DNA of 58,830 nt from Candidatus Doudnabacteria bacterium. GTDB taxonomy: Bacteria > Patescibacteriota > Doudnabacteria > UBA920 > O2-02-FULL-48-8. Shown here in pieces: positions 36,148 to 45,635 of the stretch; position 1 is the stretch's first letter; each line of letters begins with the position of its first letter. Location: positions 1-58,830 of the forward strand of contig JBDTSL010000005.1 of the NCBI GenBank assembly GCA_039931165.1, read 5' to 3'. The translations under genes and the position numbers were made by a program. The notes beneath the pieces were generated by a model that did no database searches, was not told the DNA's origin, and saw nothing but the letters and a program-made list of their open reading frames with translations.

Positions 36148-36522
36148 CTATTTTAAAGTTACTTTTCCGCCAGCTTCTTCTAGCTTTTTCTTGAGCTCTT
36201 CGGCTTCAGTTTTGGAGATATTCTCCTTGATCGGTTTTGGAGCCGCATCCACCAGATCTTTGGCTTCCTTCAAGCCCTTGCCGGTCACTTCCCGGACAAC
36301 CTTGATGACGTTGATCTTGTTCGGGCCTGCTTCGGAAAGTTCAACTGTGAATTCAGTCTTCTCTTCGGCGGCCGCGCCTGCGGCTGCGGATGGACCGGAT
36401 TGCATCATCATAGGTGCCGCGGCAGAAACGCCAAACTTTTCTTCCAGCATTTTAACCAATTCTGAAAGTTCCAGCGCTGTCAATTTTTCTATTTCCGAAA
36501 CTATGTTATCAAAATTTGCCAT
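36148..36522 (-). CDS. rplL: 50S ribosomal protein L7/L12
   Basis: [10 protein letters not shown]...[24 protein letters not shown]. Confidence 0.98.
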   Translation of the reverse strand: MANFDNIVSEIEKLTALELSELVKMLEEKFGVSAAAPMMMQSGPSAAAGAAAEEKTEFTVELSEAGPNKINVIKVVREVTGKGLKEAKDLVDAAPKPIKENISKTEAEELKKKLEEAGGKVTLK

Positions 36523-36546
36523 ATATATTTCCTTTCGTATCGACCT

Positions 36547-37068
36547 TTAGGATTTCTTTTCCTTAATTGCATTTAATACGTTCAACAGATTTCTCGTATT
36601 TCCGGAAAGCACGGTAACCAATCCCTTGGCAGGACCCTGTAAAACCGAAAGCAACTGTCCCAGCAATTGTTCGCGGGTCGGAAGGTTGGCTAAGCGGGTG
36701 ACGATCGTGGCGTCCACTAAAGCAAAATTGAAAATTCCGCCGTCGAGGACCAGCTGTGGATTCTCCTTGGTCATTCCTTTCAGGATTCTGGCTGGCGCGG
36801 TTTCGTCATCATTCGATACAGCCACCGCCAATGGTCCGAAATATTTCAGAGCGTCGGAATTGATATTGAGCGCTGCCAATGCTTTTTTCAGCAAAGTCAC
36901 TTTCACAACTTGAAATTTCACGTTTGCCTGGCGCAAAGCCTTGCGGACTTTGTCGAGCTGCTTCACGGTCATGCCGCGGTATTCGGTGAAGACCACGCCC
37001 TTGGCGCTTTTCAGATCTTCAGTGAGCGAAGCAAGCGAAGCTTCTTTTTCTTTTCTGGTTACGGCCAT
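36547..37068 (-). CDS. rplJ: 50S ribosomal protein L10
   Basis: VVFTEYRGMTV...VVKVTLLK...LANLPTREQLL. Confidence 0.96.
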   Translation of the reverse strand: MAVTRKEKEASLASLTEDLKSAKGVVFTEYRGMTVKQLDKVRKALRQANVKFQVVKVTLLKKALAALNINSDALKYFGPLAVAVSNDDETAPARILKGMTKENPQLVLDGGIFNFALVDATIVTRLANLPTREQLLGQLLSVLQGPAKGLVTVLSGNTRNLLNVLNAIKEKKS

Positions 37069-37082
37069 ATGATAATTTTGTT

Positions 37083-37192
37083 AATAAAAACCCGCTATCC
37101 AAAGACAACGGTTTGTTTCCAGATTCTAACTTCTAGATTCTAGCTTGTTCCTGCTTAGGCAATTAAGGCGTCTGCCACCTAAGGTCTTTGGC
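37083..37192 (-). promoter_or_regulatory. L10 leader-like cis-regulatory RNA
   Basis: ccaaagaccttaggtg...taattgcctaag, then a downstream gtctttgg inside a hairpin plus U run; resembles the L10 leader attenuator. Confidence 0.6.
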
Positions 37193-37249
37193 TTTATTAA
37201 ATTCCTGATCAGTATATTTGAATTACAGGGACTCGTCAAGGCCTTTTCA

Positions 37250-38329
37250 CTACTTTAAATATTTAGCCCTATTCGCATTATGTTCATCCAGTGTCTTGGC
37301 AAAATAGGCTGTACCGTCCGGAGAATTGAGAAAAAAAAGGTAATCCGTGTTTGCCGGGTAAATAGCCGCTTTTATGGCTCCAAGACCGGGGTTGGAAATA
37401 GGTGTTGGAGGCAAACCTTTGACTTGATAAGTATTATATAGAGACTTGATCTTCGTATCGGCGATACTGACGGACCGATCAGATTTTCCAGTGAAGTAGT
37501 TGACCGTGGCATCAGACTCAAGCGGCATATCCAAAGCTAGCCGGTTATAGAACACACTCGCAACAAGATCTCTTTCGCGTTGCATGGCATTTAGATCGTT
37601 TGAGGTCAGATTTTCTTTATTGCGTCCGACTTCCTTTTCTATGATCGATGACAAAATCATGACTTGTTTTAAATCAGTGTGTTTTTTTTGAATGTCGGCC
37701 AGCATTTGGTCCGTAATTTTGTTTTCAAAATTACTCAGCATTTTTTGGATAAGCTGGCTCGCGGTCCCGTCAGCGGCTAGCTTATAGGTGTCGGGAAAAA
37801 GAAAACCCTGGTAGTCGAATTCTTTTCCTTGGGCATTGAATTTGAAATTATATTTATCTTGCTTCAGCAACCGGTCAAACTCCGCGGAATCAGAAATAAT
37901 TTGCCGGCCGGCCAGATAAGACGCGACTTGTTTATTCGTCCAGCCTTCGATGAAAGTAAAATTGCGGGCAGTGGACAAGACCTTTCCTCCTGTCAGGATG
38001 TCGACTATTTCGGGAATGGCCATGTTTGTATTCAGCGCATATTGGCCGGCTTTGATTTTTCCGGAGGCGGAATGGAGCGTCGTATAAACCAAAAAAATTG
38101 TCGGGCTGCCGATAATTTTTTCCTCAGCCAGTTCTTCTGCCACTTGTCTGGTCGGTATGCCTTTTGCGATCGTAAATGCCACCTCGCGGCTTTCGGAACT
38201 GGCCGGCTTGTTCACTTTTGTCAGATAGTAGATAACCGAAACCAACACTGCCACCAACAAGGCGGCTGCGACCAGCAGTAGAATATTCTTGTGTTGTTTA
38301 CGCGGGTGCGGTATTTCGTATTCGTCCAT
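37250..38329 (-). CDS. mltG: Endolytic transglycosylase MltG
   Basis: TFIEGW, QGFLFPDTY, SSIIEKE, PLESDAT, YNTY..KGLPPTPISNPG. Confidence 0.95.
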   Translation of the reverse strand: MDEYEIPHPRKQHKNILLLVAAALLVAVLVSVIYYLTKVNKPASSESREVAFTIAKGIPTRQVAEELAEEKIIGSPTIFLVYTTLHSASGKIKAGQYALNTNMAIPEIVDILTGGKVLSTARNFTFIEGWTNKQVASYLAGRQIISDSAEFDRLLKQDKYNFKFNAQGKEFDYQGFLFPDTYKLAADGTASQLIQKMLSNFENKITDQMLADIQKKHTDLKQVMILSSIIEKEVGRNKENLTSNDLNAMQRERDLVASVFYNRLALDMPLESDATVNYFTGKSDRSVSIADTKIKSLYNTYQVKGLPPTPISNPGLGAIKAAIYPANTDYLFFLNSPDGTAYFAKTLDEHNANRAKYLK

Positions 38330-38335
38330 GGATAC

Positions 38336-38435
38336 AGTATAAAGGAAAAAGCATAAAGTATAAAGGGATATATAAAAAAACAGAACCGCAGATTCCTCTG
38401 CAGTTCTTTATCCTTTATACTAACCCCTTTATACT
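38336..38435. repeat. Double-arm palindrome, family E (copy 2)
   Basis: agtataaag x2 ... internal hairpin ... ctttatact x2. Confidence 0.75.
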
Positions 38436-38439
38436 TTCT

Positions 38440-38952
38440 CTATTGTCTCAAAGAAACTTTATTTTCCTTACTGCCAAAAAATTGAACGATGATAGTGGTA
38501 TTATTGCGGCTGACCACGGCCAGTCCAGCTTCAGAATAAAAAGGAGAAAGAATGTTTGCTCTGTGAGTCGGGCTGTTCATCCAGGAATTTTCGAGTTCAT
38601 AGGGATCGGAATAACCTTCGGCGAGGTTTTCTCCAGCATAGCTGTAATTGTATCCCAAATTCTTAAACCAGTCCCAGGGCTTGACTCCTCCGGGGCTGAC
38701 ATGGGCGAAATAATTTTTACTGATCATATCTTCGGCTTTGGCGTAAGCCGCAAGGTTCAGAGTAGGGTTCAACGACAAATCAGAAAGGCCGTGTTTTTCA
38801 CGGTCCAGATTAACAAGATTCAGGATTTGTCCGGCTTGCATCGGTACAACCGCAAAACTACCCGACAGAAAAAAGCTTATTACGACCAATAATACGCTAA
38901 AACGCGCTTTGGAGATCATTGTATGGATTTTTATTTTTGTTTCGATAGCCAC
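38440..38952 (-). CDS. CAP domain protein
   Basis: AKAEDM..NYFAH..PWDWF...YAGENLA..WMNSPTHRANIL. Confidence 0.92.
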   Translation of the reverse strand: MAIETKIKIHTMISKARFSVLLVVISFFLSGSFAVVPMQAGQILNLVNLDREKHGLSDLSLNPTLNLAAYAKAEDMISKNYFAHVSPGGVKPWDWFKNLGYNYSYAGENLAEGYSDPYELENSWMNSPTHRANILSPFYSEAGLAVVSRNNTTIIVQFFGSKENKVSLRQ

Positions 38953-38963
38953 TTCAGTTTATT

Positions 38964-39004
38964 CTCCCCCTTTGGGGGAGATGTCACGAAGTGACAGAGA
39001 GGGT
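38964..39004 (+). repeat. REP-like double hairpin
   Basis: ctccccc-ttt-gggggag-a-tgtcac-gaa-gtgaca-gagagggt. Confidence 0.6.
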
Positions 39005-39134
39005 AAACACTTTCTTTTCTCAACTTACATATACAGTATAGCAGATTTCGGAAAAAAAAGCAACCCTGTCCGCCTGGTTGGCAAATGGGTTGCCTTATTT
39101 TTCTAAGTGCTAACACTTAATCGTAAAATATTTC

Positions 39135-39821
39135 TTACGATTTGAGATCTTTTTCGATCCTGTTCAAAACCTTGGTCGCATGGTCGCGTCCTCCAAGGCC
39201 AAACGCTAATCCTCCGGCTATAGCCAACATTGCTATAAAGCCAGTGAATAACGTGCTAACGAAAAGCGCTGCTACTTTCAACTGATCCAAGGTTGCCAAA
39301 ATCGTAAAGATCATGACAGCCCATTGGGTCACGGCTCCGAGCATATCCCCGGATGACAATCCCGCAGCAATGACGCTATGCCGCACCAGCTTCGACAAGA
39401 AACTGGCTAACATGGTGCCAACCAACAGAATCGCGGCCGCTGCCACGACGTTAGGAATATACATCAGCACAGAATTCAGAAACTTGGAAACTTCGGTAAG
39501 GCCCAGAATATCCGATGCTCCCAGGAACAGTACCAGCAGCAAGAACCATTTGAAGAGCCAGGCAACCGCGCCCGACACGCTCAATTTCATTCCGGTCCTG
39601 CTTGATAACTCATCCAAACCAAGCTTGTCGCCGAGTTCATCCAGCTTCAAGGCGTGCAGGGCTTGCTTAATAAGGTTGGCGAGGAACACGACCAAAACCA
39701 AACCTACAACTAAAATAACCACTGCCACCAGGAAACCCGGCAAAAAATTTAGCAACTGATCGTAAAGACTTCGAAAAGTATCTACAAGAGCTGTTGAATA
39801 TGTGTTTGTGTAACTAGGCAT
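39135..39821 (-). CDS. Conserved TM-helix repeat membrane protein (MscS-associated/CmpX-like)
   Basis: FLPGFLVAVVIL...YIPNVVAAAAIL...AIAGGLAFGLGGRD. Confidence 0.85.
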   Translation of the reverse strand: MPSYTNTYSTALVDTFRSLYDQLLNFLPGFLVAVVILVVGLVLVVFLANLIKQALHALKLDELGDKLGLDELSSRTGMKLSVSGAVAWLFKWFLLLVLFLGASDILGLTEVSKFLNSVLMYIPNVVAAAAILLVGTMLASFLSKLVRHSVIAAGLSSGDMLGAVTQWAVMIFTILATLDQLKVAALFVSTLFTGFIAMLAIAGGLAFGLGGRDHATKVLNRIEKDLKS

Positions 39822-39908
39822 TATATATTCACCCCCTTTCAGTCCCCTCCAAAAACTCTCGACCTTTAAAATATTATTCCAAGATTTGGAAACAAAGTGA
39901 AAAAATTC

Positions 39909-40017
39909 ACCCCCGCACCAAACGTATCTGTTTGATGTACTGAATTAATTTGATTAACCAATCCAGATTTATGTTTTTTTTAAAAACATAAATCTAAACT
40001 CGTTATGGTGTGGGGGA
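39909..40017. repeat. TIR element, family B
   Basis: acccccgcacca...internal agatttatgttt/aaacataaatct hairpin...tggtgtggggga. Confidence 0.75.
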
Positions 40018-40455
40018 TTATTCGCCCAACGCGGTCACGACAATCTCCCGTTCCCTGGTACCGTCAAGCTCAACCAAAAAAATACTCTGTTTGGGACCCA
40101 ACTGCATTTGCTTGTCCAGAACCGGAATGGTTTCGGAAGATCCCAGCAAAAAAGTTTTGACATGCGCGTGTCCGTTGCTGCGCTCTCCCGGTTCAACTCC
40201 CAAACGGGTCTCAAACAAATCATGCGAGTAATCAATATCTACCGGCACAAGCCGGTAGATCATTTTAATGATATCCTGCATCAAAAGCGGCTCGTTATGA
40301 TTGATCCGGATGGCGGCTGTGGTGTGCGGCGCAAACACTGAGACAATCCCCGAGCTGACCCCTGATGATTCCAAAACCGCTTTGACCTGGGCCGTCACAT
40401 CGATCATCTCGAATTGTTTTTGGGATTTATATTTTAATCGTTCAGTCTTTATCAT
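40018..40455 (-). CDS. yjbQ: YjbQ/UPF0047 family protein
   Basis: PHTTAAIRINH...NGHAHVK...LGPKQSIFLVELDG. Confidence 0.9.
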   Translation of the reverse strand: MIKTERLKYKSQKQFEMIDVTAQVKAVLESSGVSSGIVSVFAPHTTAAIRINHNEPLLMQDIIKMIYRLVPVDIDYSHDLFETRLGVEPGERSNGHAHVKTFLLGSSETIPVLDKQMQLGPKQSIFLVELDGTREREIVVTALGE

Positions 40456-40672
40456 GAGTTTTGTTTCGTTTAGCCCTCACTTGCCAGCACAAAAAAACCA
40501 AGGCCCTAAACGCGGGATTACTTGGCTTTTGACTGTTTGATTTGTTGTTTAGTTTCCATCAAGAATTTACTATATATATATTATAGCAGATTTATGTGTT
40601 ACCGTCAAGCTACTTTCTACGAACAAAAAAACCCGGCCTGATCAGGACCGGATCTTTATGTATTCCTTAAAA

Positions 40673-40957
40673 TTAGAGAATCGAGTCTTTGGCGGCTTTA
40701 GCAACCCGGAACTTAACTACAGTCTTTGCGGCAATCTTAATCGATTCGCCGGTAGCTGGGTTTCGCCCCATGCGGGCTTCACGGTGCTTTTTTAAAAGCT
40801 TTCCCAAACCCGGGATCGTGAATTCGCCGGATTTCTTCACCTCATCATAAGCTAGGCTTACGACGGCATCGAGTATTTCCCCGGCTTCTTTTCGGGTTTT
40901 ACCGAGCTTTTCCGCTAACGCGTTGAGCGTTTCGGACTTGGTCATTCCTTTGGCCAT
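40673..40957 (-). CDS. hup: HU family DNA-binding protein
   Basis: GLGK...ARMGRNPATGESIKI...VKFRVAK; terminator hairpin at about 40625-40653. Confidence 0.95.
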   Translation of the reverse strand: MAKGMTKSETLNALAEKLGKTRKEAGEILDAVVSLAYDEVKKSGEFTIPGLGKLLKKHREARMGRNPATGESIKIAAKTVVKFRVAKAAKDSIL

Positions 40958-41041
40958 ATGTGCGTTTCCTTATGTTATTAACAATACGTAAACCAGTATA
41001 GCAAATCCCCAATATTTACGCCAATTCTGTCAACTGTCAGC

Positions 41042-41656
41042 TTAAAAGCCCAATATTTCTTTGACGATGATGAGGTGCACCTTTCGGCCCATTCTGGTGT
41101 TCTCGCGCAGGAACAATACCACTTTCGAAAGCATGGTATGCGCATTGTGAACTTTCATCAAACGCGCGTCTTCCAACGGTACGACGTACTCTTCCAGGCG
41201 GCGCATCGCTTCAGTCATCGTTGGGACGATCTTCTGGGCGCCAACCACAAAAATTAAATTCGGCGAAGTAAAAACAATATGCGGCAGCTGACTACCGGTA
41301 TTTGAGGCGACAAGAAATTCCCCTGTTTCGGACAAAGCATGGACTGAGCCGAGGTAATAGTCCGAAAGCGCAGTTTGTTTTCGGAGTACGGCCTGCTTTT
41401 CCTGATCCGGTTCGGCGAGGATCTTGGCGTGCAAGTTATTCCATGGCTGTTCGGTGGATTTGAGGTATTCGATAAATCCGATCTGGTCGAGGGTCACAGA
41501 CCCGCCATTCATCACGGAAACTCCGGCTGGGATCAATTGTTTGATTTTCGATAAAGCGTCAGCTCCCGTATTTACCGCTTCAGCCTCTACACCGTGTTCT
41601 TTTAATGCTGCGATCGTTTTATTGATTGCTTCATCCGTGGCGATTTCATCGTACAT
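41042..41656 (-). CDS. LUD (YkgG/LutC-like) domain protein
   Basis: GGSVTL..IG...DYYLGSVHAL...SNTGSQL...VVGAQKIV. Confidence 0.85.
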   Translation of the reverse strand: MYDEIATDEAINKTIAALKEHGVEAEAVNTGADALSKIKQLIPAGVSVMNGGSVTLDQIGFIEYLKSTEQPWNNLHAKILAEPDQEKQAVLRKQTALSDYYLGSVHALSETGEFLVASNTGSQLPHIVFTSPNLIFVVGAQKIVPTMTEAMRRLEEYVVPLEDARLMKVHNAHTMLSKVVLFLRENTRMGRKVHLIIVKEILGF

Positions 41657-41657
41657 A

Positions 41658-41897
41658 TTATTGATTCTCCTTAATTACTTTTCTGATGCTTTCAAGTTTT
41701 TTGGACAAGTGTTGTTCAAACTTTTCGAAGTGGGAAACTTTAGACAAAGCGACCATATCGGTGCCCATCCCGAAAACCAAAAGCTTGTCTCCTTTTTCCA
41801 GTTTCATTAACTCCCTGACTTCCTGAGGAATGACAAGTTGTCCTTTTTCTCCGACTGTCGTGGTCCCATAAAATGGGCAAGGCTCTTTTGCGCACAT
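41658..41897 (-). CDS. AbrB/MazE/SpoVT-type DNA-binding protein
   Basis: FYGTTTVGEKGQLVIPQEVRELMKLEKGDKLLV; start moved to the ATG at 41897 (RBS aaggag). Confidence 0.88.
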   Translation of the reverse strand: MCAKEPCPFYGTTTVGEKGQLVIPQEVRELMKLEKGDKLLVFGMGTDMVALSKVSHFEKFEQHLSKKLESIRKVIKENQ

Positions 41898-42030
41898 ATA
41901 CCTTTTCTCCTTATTCCTAATAGTAGGAAATGTAGGATTAGTATAAATCCTCTGATCTTTGTTGTCAAGCTTCACTTTTCAAACAAAAAACCCGCCTGCC
42001 GTATGACAGGACGGGTTTAATGTCGAGATT

Positions 42031-42228
42031 TTAAGCTCGCTGGACGTTGACCGCGTTTGGTCCCTTTGGCGAATCTTCCATATCGAAAGTGAGCGCGTCA
42101 CCTTCATGGAGTTCGGCAAAAGTCACGCCGACCAAAGATTTACCGTGGAAAAAGAGGTCCTTTTCCTGGCCTTCAACTGTGATGAAGCCGAAACCTTTGT
42201 CAGTGAGTTTTTTGATTGTGCCGTTCAT
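42031..42228 (-). CDS. Cold-shock protein
   Basis: MNGTIKK...KGFGFI...DLFFH...KGPNAVNV; terminator at about 41984-42018. Confidence 0.95.
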   Translation of the reverse strand: MNGTIKKLTDKGFGFITVEGQEKDLFFHGKSLVGVTFAELHEGDALTFDMEDSPKGPNAVNVQRA

Positions 42229-42250
42229 TGACTTGAAAATTAGTGAGTAA

Positions 42251-42346
42251 ACCCCCACACCGTAATAAATTACTAAGATGCCGGGGAAGTTCTACACCCA
42301 CTCACTGATGCTAAATTATCAATAAAATAGCTTCTGGTGTGGGGGT
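42251..42346. repeat. TIR element, family B, in the csp leader
   Basis: acccccacacc...ggtgtgggggt, a perfect 11-bp TIR. Confidence 0.75.
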
Positions 42347-42456
42347 AAATTTGCAAAGTAAGTAGGTTTGCGAAACTCGACTAAATTTCAAACCTGCATT
42401 TGCAAAATAAGCATAGCAAATTCGCCTATATGAGTCAACTGGAGGCCGGCGCCTAA

Positions 42457-44208
42457 TTACCCGGCAAAGCCCCCGGCCTGGATATTCCAAAGTTTTTGAT
42501 AGGTCCCCTGTTTTACCTTCAGAAGCTCCTCGTGTTTACCCTCTTCCCTGACCTTGCCTTTTTCGATGACTATGATCCGGTCCATTTGCATGATGGTCGA
42601 AAGCCTGTGAGCAATGACGATCGTTGTTTTGCCTTTCATCAGATTTTTCAGAGCGTCTTGGATATAACGCTCCGATTCCGAATCAAGAGAGCTCGTCGCT
42701 TCGTCCAAAACCAAGATCGGCGCGTTTTTCAGGATCGCGCGCGCGATGGCGACTCTTTGCCTTTCGCCTCCGGACAATTTCACCCCGCGCTCCCCCACGA
42801 ATGTTTCGTACTGGTCGGGAAGCTTGGTGATGAACTCATGGCAATGCGCAAGTTTGGCGGCTTCAATAATATCTTCCTTCGATGCATTCTGTTTTCCATA
42901 AGCGATATTGTCATATAGCGAGCGATGAAACAAGATCGGTTCCTGCGGCACCAGTGACAGTTGAGCGCGCAGGCTTTCCTGTGTCACCGCGCTGATGTCC
43001 TGCCCGTCAATCAAAATTTTTCCGGCCTGGAGGTCGAAGAACCGGAACAACATTTTGACTATTGTGGTTTTGCCCCCTCCCGACGGGCCGATCAGGGCCA
43101 CGCGTTCGCCGGGGTTGATTGACAGATCAAAATTCTGAAAGACCCTGCGTCTGCTATTGTAGCCGAACGTTACGTCCAGAAAATCGATCTTTCCTGAGAT
43201 AACTTTGAGCCTTTCAGCGTCGGACTTGTCCGTGATCTCGTGCGGCGTCAGAAGGATTGCGGTCATTTCTTCAGCATCGCCCAGCCGTGAATATATCTGC
43301 TTGACCTGCCGGCCCAGATCCCAAAGCCTGCCGAACATTTGAACCATAAATCCCTGCAGAAGGGCGAAATCGCCGATCGTCAAGTTTCCCTCTTTCCAGA
43401 ATCTCAGAGCCAGAAGCAGCAGGCCAAATTCCAAAATCACGAACAGGCCGCCCTGCACCGCTTCATTCACCGAACTTAGATCCCAAGTCCATTTCCGCAT
43501 CCGAAACTGCCTGTCTGTCAGCTGTTTGAATGATTTGAGCTCACGAAGCGCACCGCCAAACAACTTAAGATTGATATTGTTAGTGATTGTGTCGGCCAGC
43601 CTGCCGCCCACTTCTGTATCAAGCTCGGCATTGGCAACGTCATACTTAAGCTTATATTGGGCAAACGCGATGCTGAAAACAATATAAATTGTGCTCCAAA
43701 CAAATACTACAAGCGCAATCAGCCAATTCACAAAATATAAAACTCCGATTATTATGGCGATTTTAAGCACGGTTTGCCCCAAGCTCCAGTAAAGCTGGTC
43801 GACTATATCTTCATATGCCCGTTCATACCTTCCTACTTTTTTTACCAGGCTGCCGGCAAAATTATTGCTGAAAAAATTAAACGAATGATCCTGCAAATAC
43901 GAAAAACAGGTATTAACCAGGTCGGTCATAACTCTCGGCTGAAAATTGTTATTGACAAAAGTCGCGAGGCGCCAGAACGCCCAGGTAAAGCTTCCGGCAA
44001 CCAATATTTTTACAACTATGCCGAATAACTGTCCAAAAGAAGCGGATTGAGAGGCAAGAACATTAAACAACTGTTTATAGAAATATGGGCCGAATACATC
44101 GGCAATGCTTGCGCCAATCAGGCACAGGCTCAATATAAAAATCGCCCACGGATAACGCCTGGAATGCTGCCAAAATATTCGAAATGTCTGCTTGGTTTTG
44201 AAATCCAT
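42457..44208 (-). CDS. ABC exporter, fused permease and ATPase
   Basis: Six-TM domain; GPSGGGKTT, LSGGERQR, LVLDEATS, IAHRLST. Confidence 0.95.
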   Translation of the reverse strand: MDFKTKQTFRIFWQHSRRYPWAIFILSLCLIGASIADVFGPYFYKQLFNVLASQSASFGQLFGIVVKILVAGSFTWAFWRLATFVNNNFQPRVMTDLVNTCFSYLQDHSFNFFSNNFAGSLVKKVGRYERAYEDIVDQLYWSLGQTVLKIAIIIGVLYFVNWLIALVVFVWSTIYIVFSIAFAQYKLKYDVANAELDTEVGGRLADTITNNINLKLFGGALRELKSFKQLTDRQFRMRKWTWDLSSVNEAVQGGLFVILEFGLLLLALRFWKEGNLTIGDFALLQGFMVQMFGRLWDLGRQVKQIYSRLGDAEEMTAILLTPHEITDKSDAERLKVISGKIDFLDVTFGYNSRRRVFQNFDLSINPGERVALIGPSGGGKTTIVKMLFRFFDLQAGKILIDGQDISAVTQESLRAQLSLVPQEPILFHRSLYDNIAYGKQNASKEDIIEAAKLAHCHEFITKLPDQYETFVGERGVKLSGGERQRVAIARAILKNAPILVLDEATSSLDSESERYIQDALKNLMKGKTTIVIAHRLSTIMQMDRIIVIEKGKVREEGKHEELLKVKQGTYQKLWNIQAGGFAG

Positions 44209-44288
44209 AATAAATTAGGGCAGCTATTTAGCCACCTATTATTAGACGCTTTTCATGTTTGTTTGTTTCGATCAAAAACGACTGCTTA

Positions 44289-44362
44289 TGGCAGGGGCGG
44301 TAGGAATCGAACCCACGCAATTCCTTTTGGAGAGGAATGTACTACCATTATACGACGCCCCC
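44289..44362 (-). tRNA. tRNA-Trp (CCA)
   Basis: Anticodon loop CT-CCA-AA; G73 discriminator; encoded CCA; downstream of rpmG. Confidence 0.93.
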
Positions 44363-44394
44363 ACCAAAAGCAGTCGTTCGGGTAAAGAAAAAAA

Positions 44395-44550
44395 TTATTT
44401 CGTTTCTTTATGTTCGGTGTGCTGTTTGCACCATCGGCAGAACTTTTCCATGGCCAACCTGCTTGGCGTGAGTTTTTTATTTTTTCTGGAATGATAATTT
44501 ACCCGGTGGCAAATCGAACATTCCAGGCTGATCAAATTGTCCTGCGACAT
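44395..44550 (-). CDS. rpmG: 50S ribosomal protein L33 (not in the ORF track)
   Basis: MSQDNLISLECSICHRVNYHSRKNKK...KFCRWCKQHTEHKETK, 51 aa, four-Cys zinc form. Confidence 0.95.
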   Translation of the reverse strand: MSQDNLISLECSICHRVNYHSRKNKKLTPSRLAMEKFCRWCKQHTEHKETK

Positions 44551-44616
44551 AAAATAATCCTTTTCTGCTAATTTCTAGCCAATAAGATTCACTAACCTGG
44601 GAACGTTAGACGTTCC

Positions 44617-44692
44617 TGGAGCCCAGGCGCGGAATTGAACCGCGGACCTACTCCTTACCATGGAGTTGCTCTACCAGCTGAGCTACCTGGGC
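44617..44692 (-). tRNA. tRNA-Thr (GGT)
   Basis: GCCCAGGTAGCTCAGCTGGTAGAGC...AT-GGT-AA loop...GGTTCAATTCC...CCA. Confidence 0.95.
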
Positions 44693-44887
44693 GCTAAGTC
44701 TTGGTACTATAGCAGAATTGAAGGAAAAAATCAACCCGGTATATCAACTTCGATAATGGTTTTTGTGTTCGCTTTTGCCTAAATATAAGCCTGTGCTACT
44801 ATTTACCTTAATCTATGGATTGACGATTGACTACAAAAACCATTAAAGGCAAAAAGCATCGAAGTTGTATTACTGGGTCAACTCCGA

Positions 44888-45631
44888 TTATTTCACGATT
44901 GGTAAGCTAAAGTAGAAGCTCGTACCTTTGCCCTCGGTGGATTTGAACCAAAGCTTGCCTCCGGAAGCCTCGATAAATGCCTTGCAAATATATAAGCCCA
45001 GTCCGGTCCCGGTTGTTTCCATGCTTGCCACATTAGAACCGCGGAAAAATTTGGTGAATATATCTTTTTGCTGGTCTTTCGGAATTCCGATTCCCGTGTC
45101 CGATATTGTCCCTAGCATTATGTCCTCCTGAATCTGAAGGTCAATAGTGATCTTGCCGCCCTCAGGAGTATATGAAATCGCGTTTGAGATCAGGTTTAAC
45201 AACACCTGCTTGATCTTGTTGATCTCGGTTCTGACCTGAGGAAGCGGCTCCTGTTCCGTAGTGAACACTATCTGCAGCTTTTTTTGCTTGATTTGCCTCT
45301 CTTTTTCTTTGATCAATCCTCGGATGACAGGGGCCAGATCCGCCGGCTGTAAATAAAGCTTGGATTGGCCTGCCTCGATCCTTGTCACCTCAAGCAGATC
45401 ATTGACCAAGGCGATCATCCGTTCATTCTCGATTTGGAGTTTTTCGATAAAATCTTTCTGTTTCTTGTTCAAATTCCCGGTGTCCGATTTTTGCAGCAAT
45501 TCCAAAAGCCACTTGCTTCCCGACAGCGGCGTGCGCAGCTGGTGAGAAGTTAGGTTCAGGAATTCCAGCTGAATCGCTTCCTTTTTTTTATGAGTTTTCT
45601 TTATTGCTTCGGGCATAAGTGTTTCGGGCAT
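44888..45631 (-). CDS. Soluble histidine kinase (HisKA + HATPase only)
   Basis: SHQLRTPL, NLISNAISY, DTGIGIP, GTGLGL, GKGTSF. Confidence 0.92.
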   Translation of the reverse strand: MPETLMPEAIKKTHKKKEAIQLEFLNLTSHQLRTPLSGSKWLLELLQKSDTGNLNKKQKDFIEKLQIENERMIALVNDLLEVTRIEAGQSKLYLQPADLAPVIRGLIKEKERQIKQKKLQIVFTTEQEPLPQVRTEINKIKQVLLNLISNAISYTPEGGKITIDLQIQEDIMLGTISDTGIGIPKDQQKDIFTKFFRGSNVASMETTGTGLGLYICKAFIEASGGKLWFKSTEGKGTSFYFSLPIVK

Positions 45632-45635
45632 ATTA

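Noticed and set aside
44358-44385. cccccaccaaaagcagt resembling a family-B end
   Set aside because: It overlaps the tRNA-Trp 5' end and has no matching right TIR, so it is likely chance or a decayed copy
44255-44494. 79-aa ORF
   Set aside because: It overlaps tRNA-Trp and rpmG in another frame
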